This document shows, piece after piece, positions 7,281-15,435 of a DNA stretch of 34,085 nt. The DNA is taken from NCBI GenBank assembly GCA_963977445.1, contig CAXBPH010000045.1, positions 1 to 34,085 of the forward strand, written 5' to 3'. Origin of the DNA: an uncultured bacterium (lineage in GTDB: Bacteria > Hydrogenedentota > Hydrogenedentia > Hydrogenedentales > JAEUWI01). Made by a program: the position numbers and the translations under genes. The notes under the pieces were generated by a model. The model saw only the letters and a program-made list of their open reading frames with translations. It made no database searches and had not been told where the DNA came from. Numbering within the stretch: position 1 is the stretch's first letter; every line of letters starts with the position of its first letter.

Positions 7281-8135
7281 CTATTCGCTGCGTTCGATAG
7301 TCGCTTTTTCCTTCAATGCCGCCGTAAATGCGTCGATGGTGGCATTTTCTGATTCGGTATAGAGATAGTCCCGCACTTCTTCAATGACATCGTCAAAATC
7401 TCGGGGCGCGGCGGGGATATGGTCCACTACTTTGGCGATATGCAACCCGAAGGGGGTCTTGAACACGCCACTGACCTCACCGGGCTTCAGGGCAAACACA
7501 ACCTTCTCAAACTCAGGCACCATTTGTCCCCGACCGAAAAAGCCCAAATCGCCGTTGTCGTCGGGACAGTCATTGTGACTGCGGGTGAAGGTCTCGAAGG
7601 GCTCCCCCGCTACGATCTTGGCATGGACTTCTTTCAATTCCGCATGGGCGGCGTGCTCTTCAAGGGCGTTGCCGGTGCAGTGGCGAACTATGTGGGCGGC
7701 GCGGATGTGTTCTTCCGTTTCGAATTGCACGGGATGGGCATCATAATAGGCGCGGCAGGCATCGTCGGCCGGTCGTGGCAATGCAAGACATATACGGTCC
7801 AGCATGGCGTCTATCTTAAGGCGCAGCTCTATATCGGCTTCAATCGCTCCCCGGGTCAATCCCCGCGATTCGAGAAACTCGTTGAAGGCCTCTTCGCTGC
7901 CCGCGTTTTTGATGGCGACCTTCACTTCACGCAATACATCAACACGTCGAATATCCGGCCCACTGGATTGGGCCTCTTGACGCACCAGGGTTCGCTCAAT
8001 CGTAGCGGTCTCCGCCCGGGCACGTCTCGCGGCCTCGTCGAGACCGGCCATTGCGGGGTCCTGGCCCATTAATTCGGTCTCAACCGAGAGGATTTCTGCT
8101 TCTTCTATCGTTTCGCCGTTGACGGTAATAGTCAC
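7281..8135 (-). CDS. Parvulin/PpiC-type peptidyl-prolyl cis-trans isomerase (SurA/PrsA-like architecture, no signal peptide)
   Basis: IRAAHIV, GDLGFFGRGQMVPEFEKVVFAL and KTPFGLHI; N-terminal ITVNGETI. The start is uncertain (GTG 8135 chosen). Confidence 0.88.
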   Translation of the reverse strand: MTITVNGETIEEAEILSVETELMGQDPAMAGLDEAARRARAETATIERTLVRQEAQSSGPDIRRVDVLREVKVAIKNAGSEEAFNEFLESRGLTRGAIEADIELRLKIDAMLDRICLALPRPADDACRAYYDAHPVQFETEEHIRAAHIVRHCTGNALEEHAAHAELKEVHAKIVAGEPFETFTRSHNDCPDDNGDLGFFGRGQMVPEFEKVVFALKPGEVSGVFKTPFGLHIAKVVDHIPAAPRDFDDVIEEVRDYLYTESENATIDAFTAALKEKATIERSE

Positions 8136-8261
8136 AACCTGTGCCTTCTCTGGTTTGAATTCGGAGCCCCCCGGAGTCAAAACGTGAGTGTATCAAACCG
8201 GCGTCGTTCATGTCACTGAGTCGGCGCGACGGCTTGGCGCTCAATAGGGTAAGAGGTCCTG

Positions 8262-8293
8262 TTGATTTTTATTTGAGTCGGGCGTAGACTCAA
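8262..8293 (+). promoter_or_regulatory. sigma70-like promoter of gdhA overlapped by an inverted repeat
   Basis: TTGATT-N17-TAGACT; TTGAGTC-N7-GACTCAA at 8273-8293 overlaps the -10 box. Confidence 0.5.
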
Positions 8294-8421
8294 TATGTTA
8301 CCAATATAGGGATACATTGGGTTTCCTTAGGGGTGACTTGGTGTGGAGAGCGTGGTCGGTGGCAGCAATGTTGCCGATCCCGAGGCTATTGGGTCCAGGA
8401 CCCAGGGAGAGAGGGAACTCG

Positions 8422-9777
8422 ATGAGCGAACAGGCGGAAAAAGATACAGCCAAATTCATGCGCGGACTAAAGCGACGGAACCCCGGTGAGAAGGAATTTC
8501 ACCAAGCGGTTGAAGAGTTCGTTGAGACCGTGATGCCTTACGTACTGGAGCATCCCCAGTATATTAAGGGACAGATTCTCGAGCGTATGACCGAGCCTGA
8601 CCGGACCATTATCTTCCGGGTTACCTGGGAGGACGATAAGGGCAACATGCGCGTTAACCGGGCGTGGCGTGTTCAGTTTAATAATTCTATCGGACCCTAC
8701 AAAGGCGGCCTGCGCTTTCACCCCTCGGTGACCCAGAGTGTATTGAAATTTCTCGGTTTTGAGCAGACCTTCAAGAACAGCCTTACGGGACTCCCCATGG
8801 GCGGTGCCAAAGGTGGAGCCAATTTTAATCCGAAGGGCAAGAGCGATCGGGAGGTAATGCGCTTTTGTCAATCCCTCATGATCGAGTTGCATCGCCATGT
8901 AGGGGAAGATACCGACGTTCCTGCGGGCGATATCGGCGTAGGTGGTCGCGAGATCAGCTATCTCTTCGGTCAGTATAAACGGCTGGAAAATAAGTTCGTT
9001 GGTATCCTGACCGGCAAGGGACTCGCTTTTGGTGGCAGTCTCGTGCGCACGGAAGCCACGGGCTATGGCAGCGTCTATTTCTGCGAAAACATGTTCAACC
9101 ACGCCGGCGACAGCATCAAGGGTAAAGTCTGCACCGTTTCCGGTTCAGGTAATGTGGCGACCTACACGGTGGAAAAGGCGATGGAACTGGGTGCCAAGGT
9201 GGTAACGCTGTCAGATTCCGGCGGCTTCATCCATGACCCCAATGGATTTACCACCGAAAAACTGGACTTTATCAAAGATTTGAAAGAAGTCCGTCGTGGG
9301 CGTATTTCGGAGTATGTAGATAAGTTCAAAGGATCGACATTTCACGCGGATCAGCGCCCGTGGGCGGTGCCCTGCGATGTGGCCTTTCCCTCCGCAACGC
9401 AGAACGAAATTAGTGCCGATGACGCGGCGCTGCTGCTGAAAAATGGGGTCAAGGCGGTCAGTGAAGGGGCCAACATGCCCACCGAGCTCGACGGCGTGCG
9501 CCAATTCGTCAACGCGAAGATTCTCTATGGTCCTTCAAAAGCCGCCAACGCCGGTGGCGTCGCGGTCTCGGGTCTCGAGCAGAGTCAGAATGCCCTCCGC
9601 CTTTCGTGGAGCCGCGAAGAAGTAGACGCCAAGCTGCAGACTATCATGCATGATATTCACAAGCAGTGCGTCACCCATGGCAGCCTTGCCGATGGTCACA
9701 TTAACTATGTTCAAGGGGCAAATATCGCCGGATTCATTAAGGTCGCAAACGCCATGCTGGCGTATGGTTGCGTCTAG
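8422..9777 (+). CDS. gdhA: NADP-specific glutamate dehydrogenase
   Basis: GPYKGGLRFHPSV, LPMGGAKGG, DVPAGDIGVG, GSGNVA and KAANAGGVAVSGLE. Confidence 0.97.
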   Translation: MSEQAEKDTAKFMRGLKRRNPGEKEFHQAVEEFVETVMPYVLEHPQYIKGQILERMTEPDRTIIFRVTWEDDKGNMRVNRAWRVQFNNSIGPYKGGLRFHPSVTQSVLKFLGFEQTFKNSLTGLPMGGAKGGANFNPKGKSDREVMRFCQSLMIELHRHVGEDTDVPAGDIGVGGREISYLFGQYKRLENKFVGILTGKGLAFGGSLVRTEATGYGSVYFCENMFNHAGDSIKGKVCTVSGSGNVATYTVEKAMELGAKVVTLSDSGGFIHDPNGFTTEKLDFIKDLKEVRRGRISEYVDKFKGSTFHADQRPWAVPCDVAFPSATQNEISADDAALLLKNGVKAVSEGANMPTELDGVRQFVNAKILYGPSKAANAGGVAVSGLEQSQNALRLSWSREEVDAKLQTIMHDIHKQCVTHGSLADGHINYVQGANIAGFIKVANAMLAYGCV

Positions 9778-9794
9778 ATTGGTAGGAACATCGA

Positions 9795-10970
9795 ATGCCT
9801 GATTTCTTCGAACGCAGTTTAATTATTCATGAACATCTACGGGGAAAAATTGGAACCGTGGGTAAGATGCCCATTGTCGACCACGATGATCTATCGCTGG
9901 CCTACACCCCCGGCGTGGCCCGGCCCTGTAGTGTCATTGCAGAAAACAAAGAGAAGGCGTGGGATCTGACCATGAAACGCAATACGGTGGCCGTCGTGAG
10001 TGACGGATCTGCCGTGCTGGGTCTGGGTAACATCGGGCCCTACGCGTCCATTCCCGTGATGGAAGGCAAGGCCCTGCTCTTTAAGGATTTTGCCCGAATC
10101 GATGCGTGGCCTATTTGTCTGGATACGCAGGATGTGGATGAAATTGTCAATACCGTGCGAATTATTGCGCCCGTGTTTGGCGGTATCAATCTGGAAGACA
10201 TTTCTGCACCACGTTGCTTCGAGGTGGAGCAGCGATTACAAAATATTGGCATCCCGGTCTTTCACGATGACCAGCACGGCACCGCCATCGTCTTATTTGC
10301 TGCCCTGATCAATGCGAGTAAACTCGTGGGCAAGGAAATGTCGACGTTGCGGGTCGTGGTAAACGGTGCCGGTGCAGCGGGGACTGCGATTGCCAAGCTA
10401 CTTCGCGGTTACGGGCACGACCCCGCAGATGGGGATTCCGTGGCCGATGCGATCGTGTGTGATTCCAAAGGGGCCATATATTCCGGGAGAAGCGACCTCG
10501 CTCCCTATAAAGTTGAAATGCTCGACTACACCAACGTGGAGAATCGCGGGGGAAGTCTCGAAGATGTTCTCGCTGGTGCCGATGTGTTTATTGGTGTGAG
10601 TCAGGGAAACCTGCTCAAGGCAAAGCACATTCGCAGTATGGCGAAAGATGCCATCGTCCTTGCTATGGCCAACCCCATCCCGGAAATAATGCCCGATGAA
10701 GCGCATAAAGGCGGGGCGGCTATCATCGGCACCGGACGCAGTGATTTTCCCAATCAGGTCAACAATGTACTCGCCTTTCCTGGCATTTTTCGCGGGGCCC
10801 TGGATGCCCGGGCCACGACGATAACCGAGAGCATGAAAATGGCAGCCGCGCGAGCGTTGGCGGCCGCTACGGACGATATCTCCGTGAACAAAATACTTCC
10901 AGACCCGCTGGATAGAACGGTTGCCTCCATCGTGGCAAAAGCGGTCGCGGAGGCCGCGCGTAAGGGCTGA
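9795..10970 (+). CDS. NAD(P)-dependent malic enzyme (small type, no PTA domain)
   Basis: LAYTPGVA, GGINLEDISAP, FHDDQHGTA, GAGAAG and NQVNNVLAFPGIFRG. Confidence 0.95.
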   Translation: MPDFFERSLIIHEHLRGKIGTVGKMPIVDHDDLSLAYTPGVARPCSVIAENKEKAWDLTMKRNTVAVVSDGSAVLGLGNIGPYASIPVMEGKALLFKDFARIDAWPICLDTQDVDEIVNTVRIIAPVFGGINLEDISAPRCFEVEQRLQNIGIPVFHDDQHGTAIVLFAALINASKLVGKEMSTLRVVVNGAGAAGTAIAKLLRGYGHDPADGDSVADAIVCDSKGAIYSGRSDLAPYKVEMLDYTNVENRGGSLEDVLAGADVFIGVSQGNLLKAKHIRSMAKDAIVLAMANPIPEIMPDEAHKGGAAIIGTGRSDFPNQVNNVLAFPGIFRGALDARATTITESMKMAAARALAAATDDISVNKILPDPLDRTVASIVAKAVAEAARKG

Positions 10971-11010
10971 CGCGTTCAGGTCACAGCCAGTTTAACTGGA
11001 TATTGCGTTG

Positions 11011-11048
11011 CGGCGCACGCGTTCCTTGAACGCGTGCGCCGTCTTATT
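11011..11048 (+). terminator. Strong hairpin, probable terminator after the gdhA-malic enzyme operon
   Basis: Perfect 14-bp stem CGGCGCACGCGTTC-CTT-GAACGCGTGCGCCG followed by TCTTATT. Confidence 0.65.
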
Positions 11049-11122
11049 GATCGCTCCTCGCCGCCCAATCCTCTGTTCCATATGGCGTTCCGCACATGTT
11101 GACACGTTTCCTCGTCGATTAA

Positions 11123-11138
11123 TGGCATGATATTTGCG
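11123..11138 (+). promoter_or_regulatory. sigma54 (-24/-12) promoter candidate
   Basis: TGGCAT-GATAT-TTGCG (GG-N10-GC), about 125 nt upstream of the Cys-rich gene. Confidence 0.6.
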
Positions 11139-11262
11139 TCAATTCCTGTGGTACTTCATTTATTCTAGGTCGGGTAGATTTAACCCGAGACTTGGAACTG
11201 ATTCACGCTCAACGGCGATGGGGTCACTTCCAGGGTTGCCATAAGAAAAGGAGGTTGGACTT

Positions 11263-11586
11263 ATGCATGTTATCGAAGTCGATCATCGTACTTGTATCGA
11301 AGCGTGTCAAGAGTGCATCGTAGCGTGTGAGTTGTGCATTTCACACATGGTGGCACTCCAGAGCAACAATGACTGCCCCAATTGCTGTCGTCAGTGTGTG
11401 GCCGTATGTAGCCTATGCGTCCGTGCACTCGCGGGAGACTGGCTCCACTCCGAAACCATCTGCAAACTCGCAGCCGACGTCTGCCGGTGGTGCGCCCACA
11501 ATTGTCGGGAGTATAGCCACACCGTCTGCCAGCGTTGTGCTGACTCCTGTGAGCGTACGGCGGCTGCCTGCCGTTCTGCTATCTAA
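11263..11586 (+). CDS. Four-helix-bundle Cys-rich copper storage protein (Csp3/DUF326 family)
   Basis: 107 aa with 19 Cys in CxxxC/CxxC repeats; AAGGAGG RBS; no signal peptide. Confidence 0.9.
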   Translation: MHVIEVDHRTCIEACQECIVACELCISHMVALQSNNDCPNCCRQCVAVCSLCVRALAGDWLHSETICKLAADVCRWCAHNCREYSHTVCQRCADSCERTAAACRSAI

Positions 11587-11627
11587 ACGTTCTAACTGAG
11601 TTGTTTCTACACGTAGCCTATTGAAAA

Positions 11628-11662
11628 GCCCGAAGGCCCAGACGCCTTCGGGCATTCATTTT
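11628..11662 (+). terminator. Hairpin terminator after the Csp3-like gene
   Basis: GCCCGAAGGC-CCAGAC-GCCTTCGGGC followed by ATTCATTTT. Confidence 0.55.
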
Positions 11663-11722
11663 GTTGCCATCGGTCTTTCCGGTGTTCAACTCCCCCACGC
11701 CATTTCAGCGACTGACCAACAG

Positions 11723-11755
11723 AAACGCACCCCCGAAGCGGGGGTGCGTTTTTTT
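11723..11755. terminator. Intrinsic terminator between convergent units
   Basis: AAACGCACCCCCG-AAG-CGGGGGTGCGTTTTTTT. Confidence 0.8.
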
Positions 11756-11790
11756 CGTCAGCATCACAGGCGCTTCCGCTCGCCTGACGC

Positions 11791-12711
11791 CTACGTCGCG
11801 GTTACGACATAGGTGACTTGACGTAAGGATTCCAAGGTGCCTGGCAGCGGCGTATGGGCCCGCAAGGTAACCACATGGCTTCCCTTCCCTTTAAAGTCGT
11901 GGATGAAGTCTTTCTGCTGACTGGCTTTCACGCCATCCACCAGCCAGACATAGTGGGCATATCCTTCTGGGGCGACAAACTTCTGTTTCTTCTCCACGTC
12001 TATCTGCATATATACGGAAGGCTCGGGTACCACCGTAGTCGCAGCAAAGCCTGTCGTTACGATGCGATCGCCTTCTTTTTCCACGTAAACGAAGTCATAG
12101 ACGCCCGGTTCGGTAAAGGTATAGCTCATGGGGGCATCACCGCGACCAAGTTGGACCGTCGTGCCATTGACCGACCAGTTATAGAAGCGTCCATCGACTT
12201 TTTCCATGGGTATGGTCAAGGTCTGGCCGATGTAATATACGGACGGTATCCCCAAATCGACATTCTCGTTTCCGATTTTCTGGGTCAGCCCCAGGCGGAC
12301 CTTTAATTCGTCGACGGTTATGCCCAGACGTTTGGAACGAGACTCCAGACTTGTGGAGAGATTATCAAGTGGGGCCAACATGGTCAGGGTAGCGTTACCC
12401 TCGGTGGTCTCTACAACCAGGTCGTAGGATCCGATCTCCATGTCTTCCGCAGGACGTACAGTGATGGCACCATCGGACTTCTTCACCGTGATCATGTAGT
12501 GGTAGTCATGGCCACCGGCGTAGAGTTTGATATTGCCCATGGCGCTTGCGGGCACGGGTTTGCCGTTATTGGTCAACTGTACGGTCTTTGCTTCTGTCAT
12601 TGTCTGAAATTCAATAACCGAAGGATCGGCCTGGAGGGCCTGTATGGGCAGTGCCGCCACAAGGGCAAGTGCCAGCATGGTCAATGTCAGAGGTTTAGGG
12701 TTGGTAAACAT
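11791..12711 (-). CDS. Secreted beta-sandwich protein with PKD-like domains
   Basis: AAAGGAG RBS; signal peptide MFTNPKPLTLTMLALALVAALPIQALQA; PKD-like YNWSVNG...SYTFTEPGVY and YVWLVDG...HDFKGKGSHVVTL. Confidence 0.8.
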   Translation of the reverse strand: MFTNPKPLTLTMLALALVAALPIQALQADPSVIEFQTMTEAKTVQLTNNGKPVPASAMGNIKLYAGGHDYHYMITVKKSDGAITVRPAEDMEIGSYDLVVETTEGNATLTMLAPLDNLSTSLESRSKRLGITVDELKVRLGLTQKIGNENVDLGIPSVYYIGQTLTIPMEKVDGRFYNWSVNGTTVQLGRGDAPMSYTFTEPGVYDFVYVEKEGDRIVTTGFAATTVVPEPSVYMQIDVEKKQKFVAPEGYAHYVWLVDGVKASQQKDFIHDFKGKGSHVVTLRAHTPLPGTLESLRQVTYVVTAT

Positions 12712-12764
12712 GATGTGTTCTCCTTTCAGTTCAGGTCTGTAATTTGAACGACAGTTTACGGAAA

Positions 12765-12932
12765 TCAAATGCGTCGGGTTCGCAGGCTTGCCACCAGGCT
12801 GAAAAGAAACAGCACGAGAAAGATGACAAACAGAATCTTGGCGATGCCCGCACTCGCTACGGCGACACCACTAAAGCCGAGGAATGCCGCGACCAGGGAT
12901 ACAATCAGGAATACGACGGTCCAGTAAAGCAT
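12765..12932 (-). CDS. DUF1328 (YtjA/UPF0391) small membrane protein
   Basis: [42 protein letters not shown] is the family signature; AAGGAGG RBS. Confidence 0.93.
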   Translation of the reverse strand: MLYWTVVFLIVSLVAAFLGFSGVAVASAGIAKILFVIFLVLFLFSLVASLRTRRI

Positions 12933-12987
12933 TGGGGTAACCTCCTTTCGATTGGCTGAGCACCTGCTGTGCCCATGAAAGGTGTAG

Positions 12988-13004
12988 TGCAAGGCGCGTG
13001 CCAA
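12988..13004 (-). promoter_or_regulatory. sigma54 (-24/-12) promoter
   Basis: Minus strand TTGGCAC-GCGCC-TTGCA matches the TGGCAC-N5-TTGCA consensus, 55 nt upstream of DUF1328. Confidence 0.8.
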
Positions 13005-13098
13005 CGCTTTTTCAGTGGAATGGACACCTATTCAGCGAAATGGTGTGTAAGAAGGTTACATGTTGCTGTGTCGAAAGGTTACAAACGGGTCAGGAGAC

Positions 13099-13132
13099 AA
13101 AAAAAATACCGGGGACCGAAGTTCCCGGTATT
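13099..13132 (-). terminator. Intrinsic terminator of the C80-like gene
   Basis: Minus strand AATACCGGGAAC-TTCG-GTCCCCGGTATTTTTTTT. Confidence 0.85.
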
Positions 13133-13145
13133 GACGGCTGAACGG

Positions 13146-14288
13146 TCAGGCACCAAGCTCGCTCTTGATCACGCGGAGACCGAAGGTTCCGATAAGGGAC
13201 TTAATGTCCTTGCCATCTTCATCGCCCGAGGACTTCATGTCCTTCTTTATCTTTTTGATCTCAGCTTTGATGGAATCCAGTGCTTTTTCTTTCGATTTGA
13301 GGTCGTTAAGCGCTTTCTTCACCCCCGAGATCGCCATGAAGCTTTCTTTGGTGCCGTCATACTTTTCCCAGGCCTTCACGATTTTCTTGGTCATCGTGTC
13401 AATCTCTTTACGCAGCTTGTTGGCCATCTTGATCTGCGCTTCCAGCATTTCTTCGCTCTTTGCCCATACGCCCTCGTCGCCCCGTTTCATCTTCTTGCCG
13501 TGACCGTCAGCAAGAGAGCTGTCGCTGGCCGTCCAACTGGGGCCGGGCATACCTTCGACCGACAGCTTTTTGTAGCCCCGCTTCTTCATTTCAGCCCACA
13601 CTTTTTTCGCGTAAGGATCGTCCTGCTTATCTTTTTCCGGGCCGCCGGATGCGGTGAAGCAGCCGCTCAGTGTGATTTTGCCGCTGAAGTCCTTGGACAG
13701 ATTTTTCTTCTTGTCCTTATTTTTCGTGAGGAGGTCACAGAGTTGTGAGGGCTTTTTTCCCGCCAACTCGGTTCCTATAACGCGACCGGGCTTGGTCTTC
13801 GGGGTACCGTGGGCACACAACAGCACATTCCCTGTGATGCCACCAAAATCCGTGTCGTCGTCCTCTTGTACTTTGGTCTTCAGTTTATCGGCTTTCGCAT
13901 CGCTGGCCTTGTCGATGGTCTTGTCACCCCGGTCCATATTTACAACAGCCGAGTTGGACTTCGCGAGCTTCGCCTTGATGCCCACATAGCCCTTCACGAG
14001 GACCGCCATGGCTTCGAATTTGGCATCGCCCTTGTCCTGGACCACGAGTACAAGGTCATTTTTGACCACCCCTGCCATGAGGTAGGGGTCTTTGTGTTTC
14101 TTACTGGCGGATTCATATTTTGTCATACGGAGGGCATCGGACGTTTTGACCACCAACCCCTGCACACCCTTTTCACCGAACTCTTCCAGGTCGTAGGTGA
14201 TGGCCTTCATGACATTGCCGATATTGAATTTACTGAAGTCGATATTCTTCTTTTCGCCATAGATGATGGGACTTAGTTTTGTAGCCAC
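13146..14288 (-). CDS. Lys-rich protein with a clan CD (peptidase C80/MARTX CPD-like) cysteine protease domain and a C-terminal coiled coil
   Basis: GAGGAGGA RBS before GTG 14288 (380 aa). VLLCAHG (His codon 13809-13811) and ITLSGC (Cys codon 13659-13661) are 50 residues apart. No signal peptide. Confidence 0.72.
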   Translation of the reverse strand: MATKLSPIIYGEKKNIDFSKFNIGNVMKAITYDLEEFGEKGVQGLVVKTSDALRMTKYESASKKHKDPYLMAGVVKNDLVLVVQDKGDAKFEAMAVLVKGYVGIKAKLAKSNSAVVNMDRGDKTIDKASDAKADKLKTKVQEDDDTDFGGITGNVLLCAHGTPKTKPGRVIGTELAGKKPSQLCDLLTKNKDKKKNLSKDFSGKITLSGCFTASGGPEKDKQDDPYAKKVWAEMKKRGYKKLSVEGMPGPSWTASDSSLADGHGKKMKRGDEGVWAKSEEMLEAQIKMANKLRKEIDTMTKKIVKAWEKYDGTKESFMAISGVKKALNDLKSKEKALDSIKAEIKKIKKDMKSSGDEDGKDIKSLIGTFGLRVIKSELGA

Positions 14289-14579
14289 GGATGATCCTCC
14301 TCGATAGCCATGAATTATAAACTTCCCAACGAAGCCTGCGGGAGAAATGGTACCACAGTATAGGTGAAAAGTCACATCATAGCCCTGTGCGATTGAGCAG
14401 CCCCTCTGATTGGTTCGTCCATGCTACGGTTGGCCCCCACTCCACTGATCTATACACTAATATCAATCATCTTCGACGCCCCCACGGTATAGATCCAACG
14501 TCGTGATTCTGCGACAATGGTACCCGGTAGTAGTGCATCTCTTTTTTTGTTTTTGTAATTCGACCAGAAAGCGAACTCC

Positions 14580-15323
14580 ATGAATACGTCATTTGATATT
14601 GGGGGTAAAATTGCCCTTATAACGGGAGCAAACCGGGGTATTGGCAGGGCCATCCTGGAGTCTATTTCCCATCACGGTGTTTCAAAGGTCTATGCGGCCG
14701 TGCGTAACGTGGAAACGGCGCAGCCATTGGTCGATAAGTTTGGCCCCATGGTGGTGCCCATAGAATTGGACATGACCAAGCCCGAAACCATCACCGCTGC
14801 TGCCGAAGTAGCGTCTGACGTGAATTTCGTGATTAACAATGCGGGGGTACTAACCCAAACCGGCGCCCTCTCCTCTCGGGTATTTGAGAGTCTGGCGTAT
14901 GAGATGGACGTCAACGTCTACGGACTGCTCCGGGTGGCCCAAGCCTTCGCGCCGGTGCTCAAGGCCAACGGTGGTGGTGCCTTTGTTCAGATCAATTCTG
15001 TCGCGTCCATAAAGTCTTTTCCGGGCATCCGGACCTACTCGGCATCGAAGGCCGCCGCCTACTCCATTACCCAGGGGTTGCGGGAGTCCTTGAAAGAGCA
15101 AGGTACGGTTGTACTGAGTGTTCACCCCGGCCCGATCGAGACGGACATGGCCGCCAACGCAGGTATGGTCGAAGGGCTCGAATCGCCAAAAGTTGTCGCC
15201 GACGGCATCGTGGCGGCGCTGCGTGTGGGTTACCCCCACCTCTTCCCCGATACCCAGGCCCGAAAGTTCTGGCATGCCTATGAAAGTTTTGCAACATCGG
15301 TCATAGAATCGGATAATCAGTGA
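14580..15323 (+). CDS. Short-chain dehydrogenase/reductase (SDR)
   Basis: TGANRGIG, NNAG, YSASK and HPGPIETDM. Confidence 0.95.
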   Translation: MNTSFDIGGKIALITGANRGIGRAILESISHHGVSKVYAAVRNVETAQPLVDKFGPMVVPIELDMTKPETITAAAEVASDVNFVINNAGVLTQTGALSSRVFESLAYEMDVNVYGLLRVAQAFAPVLKANGGGAFVQINSVASIKSFPGIRTYSASKAAAYSITQGLRESLKEQGTVVLSVHPGPIETDMAANAGMVEGLESPKVVADGIVAALRVGYPHLFPDTQARKFWHAYESFATSVIESDNQ

Positions 15324-15435
15324 AAGCAGTTGCGTAATGTTGCATTGAACTATAGGGATGAGGACGACGTTCGGGCGAGCTTACAGGCTCTCGCGATTAC
15401 TGCCCTGCGATTCACATAGCCGAGGGAGAAGTTTT

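Noticed and set aside
11168..11245. Hairpins in the Csp3 leader as a metal-sensing riboswitch
   Set aside because: Only a short stem (TCGGGT/ACCCGA) is evident, with no recognisable riboswitch consensus.
14363..14376. TGTGA-CTTT-TCAC upstream of the C80-like gene as a Crp site
   Set aside because: The half-site spacing is 4 nt rather than the 6 nt expected for Crp.
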